Below, one piece after another: positions 45,926 to 59,228 of a stretch of DNA of 64,000 bases. Within the stretch, counting starts at the first letter, position 1, and each line of letters starts with the position of its first letter. The translations under genes and the position numbers were made by a program. The notes under the pieces were generated by a model. The model was not told the origin of the DNA and ran no database searches. It worked only from the letters and a program-made list of their open reading frames with translations. This DNA comes from the human T2T-CHM13v2.0 reference genome, Homo sapiens, in assembly GCF_009914755.1 (NCBI RefSeq), contig NC_060926.1, one strand, 5' to 3'.

Positions 45926-46442
45926 TAAATTTTACTATAAGTATACATATATAGGAAAAAACATAGTATATTTAGGATTTGGTACTATCTGTGGTTTCAG
46001 GCATCCACTGGGGACTTAGAATGTATACCTTGGGGACAAGGCAGGAATATTGTAGAATGGCTTTGTTTGTAGTAAAAATCATTCTCAAAAGTTAATCTTC
46101 TGTAACTAGAGCAATAATATTTGAATAATAACCATAGACCCATTAAGATAATTCCTAATTTTTTATTCCAATTAATGATTTTTGCAATACAAAAATGATG
46201 GGTTTTATGAGCAGAGCCCTGATCCACTAATAACAATACAATGTATCAATGAAAAAATTACATATTCATGGAAGTATAAACCAGCTGATAATCATTTCAT
46301 CCATTCCATGGGTATCTACGTAACTGATGCAAAACAAATTATAGTTGGTGTTGCTTTTTAAAGTCACCAGTGGAGATTCCACTTTCTTGAATAATATTTA
46401 GTTCTAGCGACTAATTTCTGAAAATTCTTAAAGTAAAATAAT
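45926..46442 (+). repeat. Derived copy of a ~517-bp interspersed duplication (partner 47969-48487), including the right third of MER44A (45926-46052)
   Basis: Base-by-base comparison with 47969-48487 shows about 95% identity (roughly 25 differences, including one 2-bp indel), offset 2043-2045 bp. Confidence 0.97.
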
Positions 46443-47774
46443 AAAACCGTTTGTTTCATGCTTGTTTGCTTGCTTCTCCTTGTTTGCTTCTTTGTATTTT
46501 TAAGATCCCATATTTTTTTCAATTCTAAAATTCCATGGATTATTAAGGAAACATCAATTTAATTATAGCTCTTTAGGTGAAAGAAGGGGAAAAAACCTAC
46601 CAAAGTAAACATATATATCAATTTGATAATACATTACAATATTATAAATGTTAAAATTTTTTGAAATGATATTTTGGAAACAAGTAAATGGACTATAATG
46701 ATAGTGACTTGTTATTACAACTTGTCTTTGTTCTATTTTCCAGCCAATCAAATAAACTTAGGATAGGATGTGTACTTTGATGAAGGATGGTGAGTTTTTG
46801 TATCCATGATTTCTGTCTGGGGGAAGTCTGCACAGCATCAGATCAGGACCCACGTCTTCCTATGGTATTTTGTTTGGGGTCCATTGTACTGCAGATTCCT
46901 AACAAACAGGAAGTAGCAAATATCTCACGTCATAAGGTAAAGGGTAATACTTTCTACCAAACATGAGTCCCAAGGGTAGCTTAAAAGAAAAAACTTTGGT
47001 ATGTGTACATTGAAATTTATATAATGAACACGTTTTCATCTGAGTAATTATGAGATGTATAACTTAAGTTTTAAATTGTTCTAATTTTTTCTCTCCTGTA
47101 TCCTAGTCTGAATGAAGCTATTTTGAAAACCTAAAAGGTTCAAGCAATTATCAGGTTTACAAAGGCAAGTAAAAACAGCCTGTAATGATAATAAGAAAAA
47201 AAATAGAGGGAAGGAAATAAAAGAAAGGAGAAACAAAGGTAAAAGACACGCAAAAAAGTTCTTGAGAACTCTAGAATACCGTAATCCAAATCATCAATTG
47301 TACTTGTCTAGTGCAAAAATGCCTGTCCTGCATTTATTTCTGAAATTTTAAGTGCCCCGAAGTTAACATCTTAACTAGACCCACAAAACAAAACAAAAAA
47401 ATTGTATCACTGAGTTTTCTAAACAAGATGTTTGATTATGCCCAGATGATTTTTAATTCAACATTTAATTCTTCCCTGTCATTTAGCAAACTTCTGAGTT
47501 ATTTCTCCCTAGTAAGAGTTTTCATATATCCAGAAAATGCAAGTTAATTTTTTCATCTAAGGAAGTCAAAGAGGAAGATAAATATGATCCTACAAATAAA
47601 ATAATGTATTCCAAATTCCCATCAAAACAATATAAGGCTGCCACTACTGTTATCTGTGAATATGAATAAGCAAAAATTGATTACACAACAATTAGAAATA
47701 AACAGATATTGTTTAACCCCCATCATATATTCATTTAATGCCAGTCCACAGATATGTTTCAAAATGATCAGTTA

Positions 47775-48095
47775 CAGTATTTTCCCCTTATTTGTGGCTT
47801 TGCTTTTTCTTTTATCCGGTGTCAGTTACCTGCAGTAAAATAAAAGATATTTTGATACAGAAAGAGAGAGACCACATTCACATAACTTTTATTACAGTTA
47901 TTGTTATAACTGGTCTACTTGATGATTAGATTTTGTTGTTAATCTCTTACCATGCATAATTTATAAGTTAAATTTTACTGTAAGTATACATATATGGGAA
48001 AAAACATAGTATATTTAGGATTTGGTACTATCTGTGGTTTCAGGCATCCACTGGGGCCTTAGAATGTACACCTTGGGGACAAGGCAGGAATATTG
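47775..48095 (+). mobile_element. MER44A (Tigger7-type) element with both ends present
   Basis: TA|cagtattttccccttatt...gagagagaccacattcacataacttttattacag...ggtactatctgtggtttcaggcatccactgggg...ggaatattg|TA. Confidence 0.88.
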
Positions 48096-48487
48096 TAGAA
48101 TGGCTTTGTTTGTAGTAAAAATCATTCTCAAAAGCTTATCTTCTGTAACTAGAGCAATAATATTTCAATAACAATCATAGTCCCATTAAGATAATTCCTA
48201 ATTTTTTATTCTAATTAATGATTTTTGCAATACAAAAATGATGGGTTTTATGAGCAGAGCCCTGATCCACTAATAACAATACTTAGTGTATCAATGAAGA
48301 AATTACATATTCATGGAAGTATAAACCAGCTGATGATCATTTCATCCATTCCATGGGCTTCTACATAACTGATGCAAAACAGATTATAGTTGATGTTGTT
48401 TTTTAAAGTCACCAGTGGAGATTCCACTTTCTTGAATAATATTTAGTTCTGGTGACTAATTCCTGAAAATTCTTAAAGTAAAATAAT
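47969..48487 (+). repeat. Source copy of the interspersed duplication
   Basis: Matches 45926-46442, and here MER44A continues leftwards without a break. Confidence 0.97.
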
Positions 48488-50038
48488 TCCTACCTCTGTG
48501 TAATCTGAATTCATTCTAAAATGGTAATCCTTTTTTCTCTTTAGTTTCTAAAAGAGCTTAGCTGGCAGAACTCTGAAATTTTACTTATATTCTTCAATAT
48601 GCGCCAAAAAGTATTGTAATATGAGGAAGTAAAGTAGCATTTTGTGTGTGTTAGCTTCGAAGGAAGGATATGATGTGTAATTACATCCTGTCTATATTCT
48701 TGCATGATCCTATGAGTATGTGATGTTCATATTTATATACAATACTTATATTCTGAGTTGTTTTTCATGGATTCTTCACTTTTAAGATCATTTTCTGAGT
48801 GCTTTGAGTGTACTTGTTGGGTAAAGTGGTAAAGAGCTGCTAAACCTTTAACTCTGTTATCATCCACCAAATACATCAAACAAGAGTTGAAAGGATTTGG
48901 AGTGAATCATTCTCAGAACTTCTGCTCCACCAGAATTATTCTCAGATGTTTTTAAAAAAAAAAAAAAATTTACATCTCTAATTGGACAAAAGTTAGATCA
49001 CGAGGGTTTTCGTGACAGTCAGAAATTAGAGAATATACCACAATTTCTTTGGAAGCAGTAAGACAGATTATTTCCTAAGGTTAAAGAAACCAACATCCAG
49101 AACCGAGCATGGAAGGCAAAGCTGCCTGGGATTTGAAACCAAATTTAGATTAGTAGAGTGTAAAGGAGAAAAGAAAGTTTTTAATGTCTGTAATCGAAAG
49201 GACGAGTGAAAAGAATGCCAAATATCACATGAGAAAGAATACCTGTACATACCAGAAACTTTGCTTTAACTCAGCAGGTTGCTTTAAAATACTTAAAGCT
49301 TTTGAAATTAATTTAATGTTTACTTAAGTTTTAGCAATTTTTTAGAAGTCAGCATAATGTTTTGTTGAAAGCAGTCTGTGGTTAATTTTTACCTCAAATT
49401 TGCTCCAGTAGGAACATGACACTGAACATGGACAATAATAATTGCTCCAACAAAGGGAAATTAACCACTAAGATACAGAAACTGCTAGATAACATATAAC
49501 TTGGAGATGGCACGTAAGAACTATAATGATCCCCCAATCATTATAAGGGGATAGGTGAGTATGTGTATACATATACATACAGGGAAAGATATATATGTAC
49601 CTGTATATAAACTTATATATGCATATACATATATTCAGATATAAATACATAAAAACAGTTAAATCATAAATTGTTCCCATCCCCCATGTTCTATGCTACT
49701 ATTAGGGTCATTTTTTTAAACATTCACAAAAACATGACTGAAAATAATGTGAAAAAGTTTTTATGACACAACTGAAATGACATTGCTAGTCATAAATTTT
49801 GACATTGAATTCTATAGTGCTTATGCATCTAAGTTCCCAACCATTATACTTAGATAATCTATTTCTGTATTTGTTTCTGCTGTAAAACCATGTTTTTCTT
49901 GATATGGGAATTTACTAGTTTTTTTTTAATGTTTGTCATCTGAACTCATTTCTTCAGATTAAAAAAGGGTCTTTATCTCTTTCATTCTCTTTTGTAAGAG
50001 ACAATGATTGGTCTGTTTATACTATAGAGTCAAAGAGA

Positions 50039-50106
50039 TGCCGGCTTGTGTACAAATTAAGCACCTTCCATGTGCTGGCTTGTGAACAAATTAAGCACCT
50101 TCCATA
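50039..50106. repeat. 34-bp tandem duplication (2 copies)
   Basis: tgccggcttgtgtacaaattaagcaccttccatg / tgctggcttgtgaacaaattaagcaccttccata. Confidence 0.95.
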
Positions 50107-50367
50107 AGTCCAGTGACTTATTCTCTTGTCTCCACTCCAATTATATCACATATCACTTCAAATTTCAAACCCATATAAAAGCAGCCCACCAAGAAATCTT
50201 CAGAAAGTTCCCACCAAAAAATGTCAGAATGTATGGTAACAAACTGACAGAGCAGTTATTCACAAAAATATGTTAGGAGTCAGAGTGGTAAGAATTCTGA
50301 TCTTGGTTCTCCCTCCAATTTAGACAAAACAATGTCATTCCATTTTTTATGTGATTTCAAATGGAGA

Positions 50368-50865
50368 TGTGTGGCAGAGACTAATAGCTCTCCACTTTCT
50401 TCATTATTGCCCTGTGTCACCCGTGGCAATAATGTACCAACTAAACAATGGTGTTCCTAGATTCCTCACACTCAGTGACATGAAGAGACTAATTGTGGAA
50501 CACTGAGACATAACAGGATGTGCCACATGGAGCTACATGAAGATTCCAAAGGGGCACTGACTGAGCTAAGAAGTGCTCCCCTCTTGTCCTCCTCCCTTTT
50601 TTTCTATTGCTTAGAACACAAACAAGATGGCACCTGCAGCCATCTTAAACCATGAAGTGAGGATGGAAACCAGGTTCCCAGATGGTGGTGCAGAATCACT
50701 GAAGTTCCTGGCTCCCTGATGATGGCGGAGTGGCCACTCTAGCCCTGTATATCATACCTCCAGACATCTTGCACTGGAGAAAGAAAGAAACTCCTACTTT
50801 GTCTAAGCCTCTATTGCTTCAGGTTTTCTGTTATATATACCTCAATTTTATCCTATCTGAAACAG
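50368..50865 (+). mobile_element. MLT1J-like MaLR LTR
   Basis: tgtggcagagac...gcagccatcttaaaccatgaagtga...ctccctgatgatggcggag...acctccagacatctt...tctaagcctctattg. Confidence 0.7.
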
Positions 50866-52034
50866 TGTTATGCTTCTTTTCTGACTTGAAATGATATTAA
50901 GCCCCTAAGTGATGACTTATTGATCTAACTATTGCCCAGAAAGATTATATTCACTATAAAGGTATACAATTATTCAATAAAAGATTGAGTAGTGCTTTCT
51001 GCAAAAATCACAGAAGACTGGAGCAGTAACTTTAGACATATGATTGGTAGTTCTTTATAAACATTGCTAAGAGACATTACAAAAGAAACAGACATTCAGA
51101 ACTCTAGGTCTTCACATGAAATTATTTAAATGAGGCCCAAAGCAGACAGACATACTATGAGAAAATATGAGCTTAGTTCATTTGTTAATGCATTGTCAGC
51201 ATCTTCCTCATTATTTAACACCTATATTTTCTACTCATTTTAATAGTTAACTTTTCCATTTTGATCTCTCCATCCACTATCTACATTTTCTTGTTAGAGG
51301 CCTTTTCTGCTAAAATTCTGAAGTGATGTATGAGTCACACAGACCTAACTCTGTTAACTCAGCTATGCCAGGAGAAGGAACACACTGCTCACATACCAAT
51401 TAGTCTGCCTGGGTTTAAATCCTGAGCCCCACTCAATAACATTCTTCTCCTAGGCGAAAAGGGACATTGAGATGTCTCTCCATGAAAAGAATGTGATAAA
51501 AGCTGAGATTTGAACAGAAAGCAAGAGGCTGAAGAAAGGAAGTAGCTTGTTGGAAAATGCTTTGATAAATAGGATTGAATATTATCAATATCTTCAGAAG
51601 TACTTCTTGCCTTCTAAATGAGGTCTCCAGTATAACAACAATGAATGTCACCCACCTCTATCTCAGGCCTCTCAAATGTGTAATTGCTTCACACTTTGTC
51701 CTTAACATCCAAAACTGGTAATTGAGCTTGGTTTAACTTGAGAAACCTCAGTTGTTGAATTCTGAAGACTATAAAACCTGTATCATCTTAGAGAGTTGGA
51801 ACAAGGGACATGCTTATTACCCTATCAAAAATTTTATTTGCCATTACTTGAGTAATCAGTATGAGCCACTTTCTCTGAGGTAGAAAATTTTCACTGATTT
51901 TATACAGGCACCTGGACTAAGATCTGGCATCTGGGGTGTCCATAACTTCTACTCTGGTACTCAGCCCTGGCATCTTCAAGATGCCATTGCTGTACGCAAC
52001 ATAGTACCCTCCAGATGTCTCTCTACTTTCGCCC

Positions 52035-52440
52035 CTTGTCAGTCAAGATCCAACCAGCAAACCAGATCACTGGGAGATACATGTTAAGATATTTATTGCA
52101 AGGAATGGGCTTACATGATTATGGATGCTGTCTAGCCAAGTCCAAAATCCATAGGGCAAGCTGTCAGGAAAGGCAGGCTGGAACTCTCAGGCAGGGAGTG
52201 AAGCTACTGTCCACAGGCAGAATGTCTTCTCATTCAGAGAAGCCTAAGGTCTGTTCTTAAGGCCTTTTGACTGAGTGAATCGGGACCATACAAATTATCT
52301 ACGATAATCTCCTTAAAGTTAACTGATTATAAATTTTTATCACATAAAAATACCTTCACAGCAATACCTAGATTAGTATTTGAATAATGGGGAGCTCTTC
52401 TAGTAGCCTACCCAAAGTGACATTAAAAAGAGCATCACCT
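52035..52440 (-). mobile_element. MLT2 (C/D-like; ERVL) LTR
   Basis: atttattgcaaggaatgggcttacatgattatgga...aagtccaaaatccatagggcaagctgtcaggaaaggcaggctggaac...aataccttcacagcaatacctagattagtatttga. Confidence 0.8.
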
Positions 52441-53784
52441 CCCTCCTGTACAAGCTCTTTGTCACAAACTCAGGCAGTAACATACGCGGCCACACTCAGC
52501 CCTGGATTTCTATCCCTATTAAGAATATTGACTGTATAGAGGCCACAACTATTTGAAGTTTTCATCCCCATCTTCCATATTTTATGTTGGAGAGTTTCAA
52601 GAACCTCTCATCGCACTAGTCATCTCTCACTTTTTTATCCTTTCACGGTTCAGTCTCCGTTATTAAAATGGAAGTTCAGAAAGTGCCCAGTATAGCATCA
52701 CCCCCACTGAGACCTACGGCAAGGGAAAGAAAACCCTCCAAGTCTGATGCAATAATTTCCTCAACTGTTACCTTAAGAGGAAATAGGAGAAGGAAGTCAA
52801 ACTGTGGCCTGGTTTTAGTCCAGGTACCTGGTTTGAGTTTCGCCTGGACAAAGGCCACCCAGAGTTGTGTAAAAGAGTGCACCTCCTCCTTCCTTTTTTT
52901 TTTTTTTCCTCCTCTTTTGCCACTCATCACAGCAAAAGCATACCCACTCTTGTAACAGCTATCTCTGGGGCTCTTACTCGGCCCTCTTTACAGCATCCCT
53001 GCACTTTTGGCCAAGATTTCTGCATACTGGGGCAAGAGACAAAGCCCCAAACAAAGATGATTTTACCAAAGTCAAAATTTGCCACAACAATGGTTTGGCT
53101 GTTGGATTGACCTTCCAGAGTTAGGAGACAGGAAAGGAGGATTCACTAAAAAAAATTAATAAAGGGAGTTAAAGTAGTGAAGCTTATCTTCAAAGGCACA
53201 GGCTTTGGCATAATTTGTTTTATTAAATAATCGTATGACCTGTAACAAGTCTCCTACCCTTCTTGTGTTTCAGTTTTCTTGCCTGTAAGTAGGAGGAAAG
53301 ACTGAAGAATCACTAACTTTGCTTAATAGTTCCACCCTTCTTGGAACCTCTGGACTTGGAAGCAACAGGAACAGCCAGCCAGGAAAAGGACAGAAGAGAA
53401 ATTTAAGAAATTTAAAGAATAAAGTAGAATTAAATGGAAAAGGAGGAAGAGAGGGAGTGAGGGAGGAAAGGAGCAAGAGAAAAGGAATAAGGAATGAGAG
53501 AAGAGGTGGGGTGCATGAATAATGTTCAGGAACATGTGGGTATGGATCAAGATGGAATGGTGGGAACTGTGGCAAACTGGAGAGTTTGTGGCCGACTAAA
53601 GAAGGTAGCTACTCTACCCAACTACTGTCATGGCAAATACAGATCTGGTCTTGCCAGGTGTTCGAATTTTTCAAGAGAACTCTGAAATCTGGATTCTTAT
53701 GTGATGTCAGCCCATTTTTAAGTGTGGGCAAACTAATTGACATTTGAAAGAACAATATGCAGAACAAGCATAATATGTCTGCAG

Positions 53785-54005
53785 GGAGAGCATCACTTCC
53801 AGGTGAGGCATTCACCTGGTGCACAACATTTAAGGAGGCACCAAAACCTCAGTAATCAACATAAATGATATTTTATGCAATATTTTTAAATGAAAATTAA
53901 TGCAAAATGCATTAAGAACAAGATATCAAAATTTTAAATAAAAACAGGATACAACTCTACACTTCCAAAACTCCCATCCCTCATTTTACCTTAATTCTGT
54001 CTCTG
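53785..54005. mobile_element. MER96B-like hAT element
   Basis: atttaaggaggcaccaaaacctcagtaatcaa...gcaatatttttaaa...aaaattaatgcaaaa...atatcaaaattttaaataaaaacagga. Confidence 0.65.
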
Positions 54006-54209
54006 CACCCTTTATAGCCTCTGGATTAAAGGCTCACTGATTCAGAGCACGGTGATGCCATAAATGCAAGTAGGAAACCGGAAGAAAAGGAGGCTTGGAA
54101 GTGAAGATAATTAATTCAACAGTAGGCATTTGATCTGAGATATTATGTGGGCCTCTAGGCAAATAAGCCTCTAAGCATTTCAAAATGGGAAAGTAATATC
54201 CATAAGTAG

Positions 54210-54440
54210 AAAAAAATTAATACTTATTCCGTGTCTATCCTATGCCAGACGGTCGACATGTATCACCTCTTCTACTGACAATTCTCAGCATGACGTGATA
54301 ATTATGAGATTTAATCTCCAGTTAAGAGATTTTCTAAGGGATATTAAAGTCACTGCACCAAGGTCACACAAATGGACAGTGGTGCAACTGACTTCTAGGT
54401 CTGTCTTACTCCAAAATCCATTATTTCCTGTAAACTATGC
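54210..54440 (-). mobile_element. MIR fragment
   Basis: ctatgccagac...acaattctcag...ccaaggtcacacaaat...tctaggtctgtcttactccaaaatcca. Confidence 0.65.
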
Positions 54441-55109
54441 TATTTGGAGCAAGTCATATGCATTTGCATATCATCCATAAGAGGGAATGTTGGATGCTTT
54501 GTGGTTGGCTGAGATTCTCAGGAAGTTAAAATGACCCTTGCTGTTAATCAAGCCTATGTCATTGTCCTGATGACTTACTCAAGGACGGGAACTCTGCCAA
54601 TCCTACTCTGGGGCCTGGGATCTTCAGTTTGGAGCCTAGAATCTTTGGTTTGGAACCTTTCCACACACCAACAAACTTTCCCTGCAGTCACCTGGTCTTC
54701 TACTATTATAAGCACTGAATTCTGTGCTCCACTTACATATCAAGATGCTGGTTTCCTTCCATATTTACTCACCATTGCAACCTTGTTAAAACTATGCTGG
54801 TTTCCATACTCTTTGGAGCCTGTCTGTGCCCTGAACTTGCATGTACGTCCACAGCAGCAACCCTATCGCTTTGATAGTGTAGCATCAGGAAGGTCATTAC
54901 TCTTCCTAATGTGCCCTATTCAGAAATCTGTTAATCAAGGCAAACCTAGGTATGTCTCAAGGTATGACATTCCCAAACCTCTTGTTTAGTCTTATTTTCC
55001 TAGCACGTCTTACATAGATGATCTACCAAAAAGCAGGGGGACAAGGTAATTTGTTTCTGAAATAAACTTTATATCTTTCCCCCTCCACACATTTCCTGCA
55101 GTTTTGTCC

Positions 55110-55425
55110 TTCCCTTAGATCACCGTCCTCTCTTTATTCCACCAGCATGAATCCTATTATACTTCTAAGAAGAGCTTATATTTCACCATCGCCAAGAAAT
55201 TTTTTTCACAAGCCCAGCCTGAATCAATCACTCTGTCCATGAACTATGATAGTGTGATTCCTTAAACGTTTGTTTTTCATCTTTAATTAATAGCAGGTCA
55301 GCCTTATCTCCCTAACTAGAGGGAAGTTTCTTAAGGACAGGGCCTACCAATGTCTTATGCTTTGAAGATCTCCCCAAAGCTTCAAGCATAATGTAAAAGA
55401 ATCAATAAATATTCACTAATCAATG
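55110..55425 (+). mobile_element. L2 3' fragment
   Basis: cttatctccctaactagagggaagtttcttaaggacaggg...aatcaataaatattcactaat. Confidence 0.5.
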
Positions 55426-55589
55426 TGTTTCTATAGCAGGGAAACCTCAAGTTACAGGCCCATTTCCTCCTAAATGTCCTTAATTTTGCTCACTATCTTT
55501 TTATTTCTAAAATACAAATAGCATTCCATGACATTTCAGGGGTATTATCAAGAAAAAGGTAGCAGAGGTATTTTTGAGATACCTACTGA

Positions 55590-56706
55590 TATATTTTGCT
55601 TTTTGTTTCTTCCTTTGCAATCCTTAAGCATTCTCTGCCCCTGGTAAGGTAAGGGCAGACGCAGCTAAGAAAGTGGAATTTGAATAAAGGAAGTCACAGC
55701 CAGACATGAAAAGGAAAAATAAAACCCTTCTGACCAAGGGACAAGAAACTAAGTAGAGAAAGAAAGGAGTAGGAAGTTATTCATGAATATCCTCTGTCTC
55801 TTGCTATTCTCCCAGCATATTCTCAACACCAGGACTAAACCTTGGAGAAAGTGAGTGGTAGAAAGAACCCAGAGAGGCCAGAGAGACTAAAAGATGAGGT
55901 GTTTGTCATCATTCCCATTTGGGACTTTAGTTGGAGACCTCCTTGGAAAAGGCCCTGCATTAACATAGGGCGAATGTGGTAGTCAGGATGGTGTGTTTTG
56001 GTCTATGTTGGGTATGTAGAGAATACAGAACTTCCAGCAGGTCCCAAGGAGGATGTAAAAAGTGGTAAAGAGGTCTAGCAGGTGAGCTCACTAATAAGGT
56101 TTACTGCAGAGAGAGGACCAGTGATCCTGTGGTAGAATGTTTAAAGAAGAGACCATCCAAGAAAACAAGCAAATTTGTCTCAGCCGGAATTTGGGAAAAC
56201 CACTGCCAGCAAGAGCTGAAGACAGGCTGTGGTCATCGGGCATCAGGAGGGATGACAGAGTCAACCAAGAGAAGGGTCATCATTACATCTTGACTACGCC
56301 AAAGAACAAACAAAAATCACATCAGTCATCTTCCATCAGCAGCAGAGGATACACAGCAATAAGGACAGACTTTGCTGCCCAGAAACCATCAAAATAAACC
56401 CCTCAATGGGAATCCAAGAAATGTACATGGGGCACTCCTTTAACACCATGTGGAAACAAGGTCTTCATCCAAGGCTGAGAACCATCTCAGGGAGGGTGGG
56501 AAAGGAAGGAGAAGATACTTGAACTAATTACCAATTCCCTCTTTTAAAATTTTGGTTTAAACTGGGGGAAAAATTAAATTAGTTTCGATTGACAAATTTT
56601 GTGTTTCCACAAGAATAAGGGCTTGAGAACAAATAAGTTACAAAACTAAAAAAAGATAGTTTTCTTCACACATCTGAGTTAAAGTGTGCCAATTTTGACT
56701 CATAAC
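55590..56706 (+). mobile_element. Ancient long LTR (LTR78-like)
   Basis: ~1.1-kb block ending ...ttttcttcacacatctgagttaaagtgtgccaattttgactcataact, similar to the LTR78 3' end. Family assignment is tentative. Confidence 0.45.
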
Positions 56707-57303
56707 TCTCCTCACAATAAATTTGCAGTGAATATTTTGCACATAACTTTAGAAAGCAACTTACGCTACAAAACTAAGGACAGTGCACCACTAGATGTGC
56801 TTTAATCCCTCGTTTTCCTGACTTAACGTAGGTTAAGAAAAAAATTTTCCTCAACTAAGGAAAGAAAAAAGATTATCATTATAACATGAAATGCAGTGAA
56901 ATTCCGCTCTATTAGATTTTGCTAAGAAGAAGAAAATGTCAGACGAGGAGATTTCAGGGATGAGTTATTATATTTGCAAATTAGTATAATGAAAATTACC
57001 GAGGCAGGTGCCATGAATTTAAATGAACTGTGTACTTTCTTGTTAAGTTTTAATATATAATAATTGTTCATTTCTCCCAAGAAATAGGTAAAATTGCTGA
57101 TTCTTTTACATAAATCAATATGCTCTGAAAAATAAAGCTAATAGCCCAATAAAGTTGATAAAATATAGCTGTATAAGCCTTAGAGTTCTATGTGTCCAGG
57201 GCTTTATTCTAGGACTAAATAGCAGTTTTTATTTCTAGTCAACTACTGTATTTATCAAATTATGTCCTTGACTCAGGAAAGCTTTAATGTCTCAATTTTG
57301 TCC

Positions 57304-57603
<300 letters not shown>

Positions 57604-58734
57604 TCAACTTTGTCCTTTGAGTTTAAGAATTTAATTTTTAAAGCAGTAAGACTGACCATTATTATATTTTTGAGAGTGTTTTGTAATATTGCAAGCAATT
57701 ACATGTGTGGAAAACTAGTTATAAAAAAACAGTACTCTTATGACTATTCATTGCAGAAACATACATGGGTTGCTCTATCTTCGCTAAGATTATGCTATCA
57801 TACTTCAATAGTTACAATGTTAAGTTCTAACATATGTAAAAAAAAGGATATTTTTATCCAATAATTCCAATAATGAGAACTTTTTTAACCATTTTGCTCT
57901 TAATCATACAGCCTTTCCAAAAAGACGTCCAAAGAAATACAGCTAAGCATAATTAAAGAAAAGGCTTCTATTAGGGATGAGGGATAACAGTTCTGCAATT
58001 TTAGATTATTATGTTAAATATATTTTATTAAATATTAGATGGTAATGCTAATGGATGTTCACCCCCCAGCTTCTGCTGTGTAGCAAAATTACAAAATGTG
58101 TTTTTAATGACTCTAGCACACTGGTTATGTTTATCTGATATCTATTTGAAATTAAAATGACTTAAAATATTACATAGAAAGTTTTAACTCTAATAATCCA
58201 AAAGCACTTTAATCAGAAAATTATCTTCTATCTAATTATGGTACAGTGTTGCTTATTTTTATCCTAACTCTTTAAAAATTTGGCAGAACAAATTGCTCAT
58301 TATGTATTCTGATGCCATTATAATCTAAAGTAAAAACTTAAACCAGATTTATTTTGCTGTTCTGTAAATAAGAAAATTAAACTAGATAATTTCCACGATT
58401 TCCCAGATTCTCAGATTATCTACTCTGTTTACCTAATTTTTCATGCTAGAATTCAGCCATAAGGACATCTATCTTGAAAATCTCTTAAATTGCAAAACAA
58501 TCATGGCAGACACACAGATTATAAGAGCTCAGAGGGATCTGAGGTTTGGACTGTTCCTCTGGCATTACATGCATATATTAAAGAAATGTATCTTCTATTT
58601 ATGTAGGCCAATGAATATTTTTCTCCTTGTAGATTTCAGGGTGTGAGCCACTTTCAGATAATAGTAACATTAATGATGATGATGGTGGTGATGATGATAG
58701 TAAGCTATACAGTTTGTGTTCAGTACTTTACAAA

Positions 58735-58930
58735 TTTTTTTAACTTTTTTTATTTCAATAGGTTTTTGGGGAACAGGTGGTGTTTGGTTACATGCTTAAG
58801 TTCTTTAGTGGTGATTTCTCAGATTTTGATGCACCTGTGACCCAAGCAGTGTACACTGTACCCAATGTGTAGTCTTTTATCCCTCACCCCCTCCCACCAT
58901 TTCCCCTGAGTCTGCAAAGTCCACTGTATT
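58735..58930 (-). mobile_element. L1PB 3' end fragment
   Basis: tttcaataggtttttggggaacaggtggtgtttggttacatg...aagttctttagtggtgatttct...gcagtgtacactgtacccaatgtgtagtcttttatccctcacccc. Confidence 0.88.
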
Positions 58931-59228
58931 TGGCATCACATTTCTTTCTGTCCTAACTACAGGGTGCTTTGATAATCTCTTCAGTTTCTAAACTGTAGGA
59001 TGTTTCTCTGAAAAAGGCCTGATTTAATTCTCACCCTAGAAAAAGCCTGAGAGCTGTCCCTTAGAGAATGTGAGTCAAAATGAGCATCAGTGCTCATTCA
59101 AACCCCAGCGCAGTCGGACCCATCTCCGGTTCTGCCTGGGCATCCCAAGATATTGACTGGGAACTCACCCAAGCCTGACTTCAAGGGAGTGTGACATGTG
59201 ACGAAAAATTTTTAACAACTTAAGACGC

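Noticed and set aside
50039-50106. CRISPR-like 34-bp repeat
   Set aside because: Two abutting copies with no spacers, no cas genes, and a primate context.
52676-52800. Minus-strand pyrimidine tract + AG at 52772 opening VTVEEIIASDLEGFLSLAVG...
   Set aside because: The same bases also read as a donor (AAG|gtaaca). I found no partner site and do not recognise the peptide, so it is too ambiguous.
56785-56800. CTCF-like ccactagatgtgc
   Set aside because: It lacks the GGC core and is much weaker than the 26029 site.
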